The position numbers were made by a program, and so were the translations under genes. The notes beneath the pieces are model-generated. The model was not told the DNA's origin and did no database searches. It saw only the letters and a program-made list of their open reading frames with translations. Below, piece after piece: positions 59,991-64,000 of a stretch of 64,000 nucleotides of DNA. The first letter of the stretch is position 1. Each line of letters begins with the position of its first letter. The stretch is taken from NCBI RefSeq assembly GCF_009914755.1, contig NC_060934.1. One strand, written 5' to 3'. Source of the DNA: the human T2T-CHM13v2.0 reference genome, Homo sapiens.

Positions 59991-60378
59991 TTAATAGTCT
60001 TTTCATGTCACTACATAGAGATCTCCTTCCTTGTTTTCAGTGATGTGCACCTCTGGGTCTTTGCACTGGCTCCTGCCACTTTTTCGAACACTGTTCTCAG
60101 AATCCAGCTTGTTTCCTCACTCTTCGATTTCTCTGTGAGGCCTCCCTGATGAAATACACACAACAGGAAGCCTGCTAACACATACCACCCTGTGCTCCTG
60201 GTCCCCTTTCCTGTTTCACTGTTTACCACGGCACGTGTTGCCAGGGACAATGTATATTTACTTATTCATTGTCTCTACTTCCCACTAAAGTAAGTGCCAC
60301 ATAGGCAGGACTTTTCGTTCCCTGTTTGTATCCCTAACACCCTGTCCTTAATACCAGTGCTTGGCATGTGGTAAGCCA
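59991..60378 (+). repeat. Composite duplication: copy of 48566-48624 joined to copy of 17618-17950
   Basis: Direct sequence matches to both donors; shared TGCAC at the junction (60046-60050). Confidence 0.92.
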
Positions 60379-60407
60379 CAGGCTCTTGTGGCTATACAAC
60401 ATTTGCT

Positions 60408-60606
60408 CTGTTCTCAAGTGGGGTGATTCTGTCGATGTCTGGAGAAACTTTGGGTTGCTATGCCTTGAGGATTAACTAGGTGCTACTGACATCCAGTAGC
60501 TGGAGGCCAGGGAGGCTTCTGAACACTGTAGAATACACAAGACCACCCTCAACACAAAGAATGATTCAGCCCCAAATGTCAACAGTGCTGCGGCTGAGAA
60601 AACCTG
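60408..60606 (+). mobile_element. MER20 (hAT-Charlie)
   Basis: gttctcaagtggggtgatt...atgtctggaga...gccccaaatgtcaacagtgctgcggctgagaaaacctg. Confidence 0.85.
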
Positions 60607-60643
60607 TGTTAGACCAGCACTATCCAATAGAAATACAACCAAC

Positions 60644-60905
60644 CGGTCGGGCCCGGGGTCTCACATCTGTAATCCCAGAACTTTGGGATGCCGAGGAGGG
60701 TGGATTGCTTGAGCCCAGGAGTTTGAGTCCAGCCTTGGTAACACAACAAGACATTCAACAAGAAATTAAAAGATTAGCTGGGCATGGTTACACATGCCTG
60801 TGGTCCCAGCTACCCAGGATGCTGAGGTGGAAGAACCAATTCAGCCCAAGAGGTCAAGGCTGTGGTAAGCCATGATTGCACCACTGCATTCCAGCCTGGG
60901 CACTG
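60644..60905 (+). mobile_element. AluJ, tail lost
   Basis: ggattgcttgagcccaggagtttgag...aggtcaaggctg. Confidence 0.88.
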
Positions 60906-60919
60906 AGGCCACACTTCCT

Positions 60920-61240
60920 ATAGGCTGCTCCCAGCCAGAACCGAGCATGCCAGGGTACTAGTGCCACTTGTTCCTGCAGGACAAGGGAATCCTCTAACAG
61001 TCAACAGTCCACCAGAGACTCCCAACTGATCCGGCCAAACGTTCCTAGAGCTGTGCTGTGTCTCGGACTCCTCCTGCCCTACCTTCCTTCCTTTCCCCTC
61101 TCCCCTCTCACACGGCAGTCTGAAGGCTCTCCCTGATCACTCCTGGCCCCTCTCTTAACCTGCACAGGTGCATCCCCAATAAATCTCTGCTGATTTCATT
61201 CTAACTTGGTGTCTGCTTCTGGGAGGATTCATACTAACAC
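60920..61240 (+). mobile_element. LTR16-type (ERVL) LTR, 3' part
   Basis: caataaatctct...ttggtgtctgcttctgggaggattcatactaaca terminus. Confidence 0.7.
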
Positions 61241-61959
61241 AGGTTTCAAGCTCAGACAGCATTCAAATCCCACTTCCATCACAGAACCTGAGCCAGTTCC
61301 TACCCCTTTCTCAGCCTCAGTTTCCTCAGCAGTGAAAAGAATATTGAAACAGAAACTCTTTGAAAGCTCTTCCTGTCCTGATCTGTTCCAGAATTGGGCT
61401 CAGCAGGGTTCATGCAAGGACACAAGTGTAGCTGCCTCTGAGGAGCCCCTCACATGCCCATTTTAGCCAGTTTGTTTCTCCCTGGGCTCCTACAGCACAT
61501 GTGCCCATCACACAGGGTTGCAAACACCAGTTTTCTTCTCTGATTCCCCAAAGGGTGCTGGACACCTGTAGAGGGGCTCTGTTTTGGTCACTTGTCCATG
61601 ATGCTCAGAGAATGTTTACAGTGCACAGTGAATGCCGAGCACTGGAAATGCTCAGTGAAGCAAGCCAACACCAGCCCCACCAGATGTCAGCAAGGAGGAG
61701 TTCTGTGGCTATAGTCTCTTTGGTTCCATGGAAATGACACCAACAACCCACATAATTGAGGGCCCTGTGCAGGTGCCGGGTTCCCAGCAAAAGTCTTTGC
61801 ATGTATTTTCTGTTATATGAATCCTCCTGGCATGCTCATTGAGAGGTTCCATTACTACATGCCCATCTTCATAAACTAAACATGAATAAACTGAGGCTCA
61901 GGGAACTGGAGTTGATGGTCCCAGCCTGCACAGCTAGGAAGAATCAAGGGGTGAGTTTT

Positions 61960-62620
61960 GGGTTTTATTTTGCATATTTCAGCAGCTTTACTGAGGTATA
62001 ATTTACACACCATAAAATTTACTCACAATAAATGTACAGTTAGATCAGTAAATCTATAGATTTGGGCAACCATCAGCACAAGCCAGTTTTAGAACATTTC
62101 TATTACCCTGAAAACATTTCTCTTGCCTGTTTGCAGGCAATCTTCCATTCCCACCCCCAGCCCTAGGCAACCACCAATCTGCTTTCTGACTCTACAGATG
62201 TGCCTTTTTCTGCACATTCCCTCTTAGTGAAATCATATACTGTGTGGCCTTTATGGTTGGCTTCTTTCACATAGTGTAATGCTTCTGAGGTTCATCCACG
62301 TTGTAATGTCCATTGTGGCTTCATCCCTGTCTATTGACAAATAAAGTTCTGTTTCATGGGTGGATCACAAACGTCTACATATCCATTCTTCAGCTGGTGC
62401 ACATTTGGGTTGTTTCCAGTCTTGAGCCATTATGAATAATGTTGTTATGAAAATGTGTGTATAAGTTTTTGTGTGAGAATATGTTTTCATTTCTCTTGGG
62501 TAGATCCCTAGGATTGGATTTGCTGGGTCACATGATGAGAGTAAGTTATACAAGAAACTGCCAAACTTGTCTATGTAAATTGGTTGCCCACCAGCAGCAT
62601 ATGAGGGTTCCACTGCTCCA
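61960..62620 (-). mobile_element. L1MB-type 3' end
   Basis: cagctttactgaggtataatttacacaccataaaatttac...ggcaaccaccaatctgctttctg. Confidence 0.85.
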
Positions 62621-63388
62621 CACAGTAGGGCTGAGATTGGAGGCAAGTCCAGCCCGACCCCAGAACCCCATTACCCAGCTCTTTGGTGATCCTTTCTAAC
62701 ATTGGGATACCCAGCTAAGGAATGAGGATCATAGCTGTGCAGGAATGAGGGCTGTCTGTGAAAACAAGAAGTGCTCCTGCACCAGCCCAGACAAAGACCC
62801 CTCACTTATCTCATTTATTTCTTGTCCTCCAAGTGATGCTGGAGCCCCTGGGTTTCCCCACATGCAATCCCTCAAATTTCTGACCCCTGCTATTTATCTT
62901 CCATTGAGCCTTAGGTTCCGGTGAGAGTAACAAGGATAGACAAGGGTTCACAGCCCAGGGCTAGGGATGCCCTATACCCTGGTCAGTGACCTTGGAAGGG
63001 CTGATTCAGCTGGAACTCAATATTGAAGCACCTAGGATGTGCCTGTTTACACACAGAAAAAAGATAATGCAGAAGCATGGGGTCCCTGATTAGCTGATCT
63101 GAGCTGGGGTGGGGCTTGGCAATCATTGGATCCAGTGCTTTTCCTGAAACATGAGCATTGAGTTTCCTGCCCACACAACCCTGGGCTTAATTAAGTCCAA
63201 GCAACAAACAGGGTCCTCAGTATGCTTAAAGCATTGACATTGGATGGAAGACAATTCAATGTTTGAGAAATCCCTGCAGACCCTCTGGGAGTGTCTTGAA
63301 TTCTAAGGAGACCATCTTGCCCTACTTCCTTATTTGACAGAAATGGAAAACTGTGGCTCACTGAGGTGGAGTGAAATACCCCAGGTCA

Positions 63389-63952
<564 letters not shown>

Positions 63953-64000
63953 TTATTGTTTTTAACTGCTGCAGAGTATTCTGTGGTAGGAACATACAAT

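Overview
This is primate, almost certainly human, genomic DNA. Positions 1-~49,650 hold the 3' ~87% of a WASHC2/FAM21 gene on the + strand (WASH complex subunit 2, most likely the WASHC2C/FAM21C paralog). I traced 26 coding exons with GT-AG boundaries. They splice into one open frame of 3,498 nt (1,165 aa plus TAG at 49446-49448), ending ...[12 protein letters not shown]. The encoded tail carries the LFa retromer-binding repeats and the capping-protein-interaction (CPI) motif. The promoter and first exons lie upstream of the window. Introns and the 14 kb downstream flank are dense in repeats: about 36 Alus, L1, L2, MIR, ERV1/MaLR/ERVL solo LTRs, hAT and Tigger DNA transposons, and TA-rich microsatellites. 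Nearly all ORFs in the supplied track are Alu or microsatellite artefacts or exon read-throughs. I see no new gene system. The most unusual structure is a ~390 bp chimeric insertion at ~60 kb, stitched from two distant introns of this gene at a 5-bp microhomology and capped by a hairpin. Also notable: splice junctions cut through LFa motifs and the CPI motif, with in-frame cryptic splice sites nearby, and a young L1 lacks a TSD and sits next to a perfect hairpin. Repeat-family names and the paralog call come from recalled consensus sequences and need confirmation by search.
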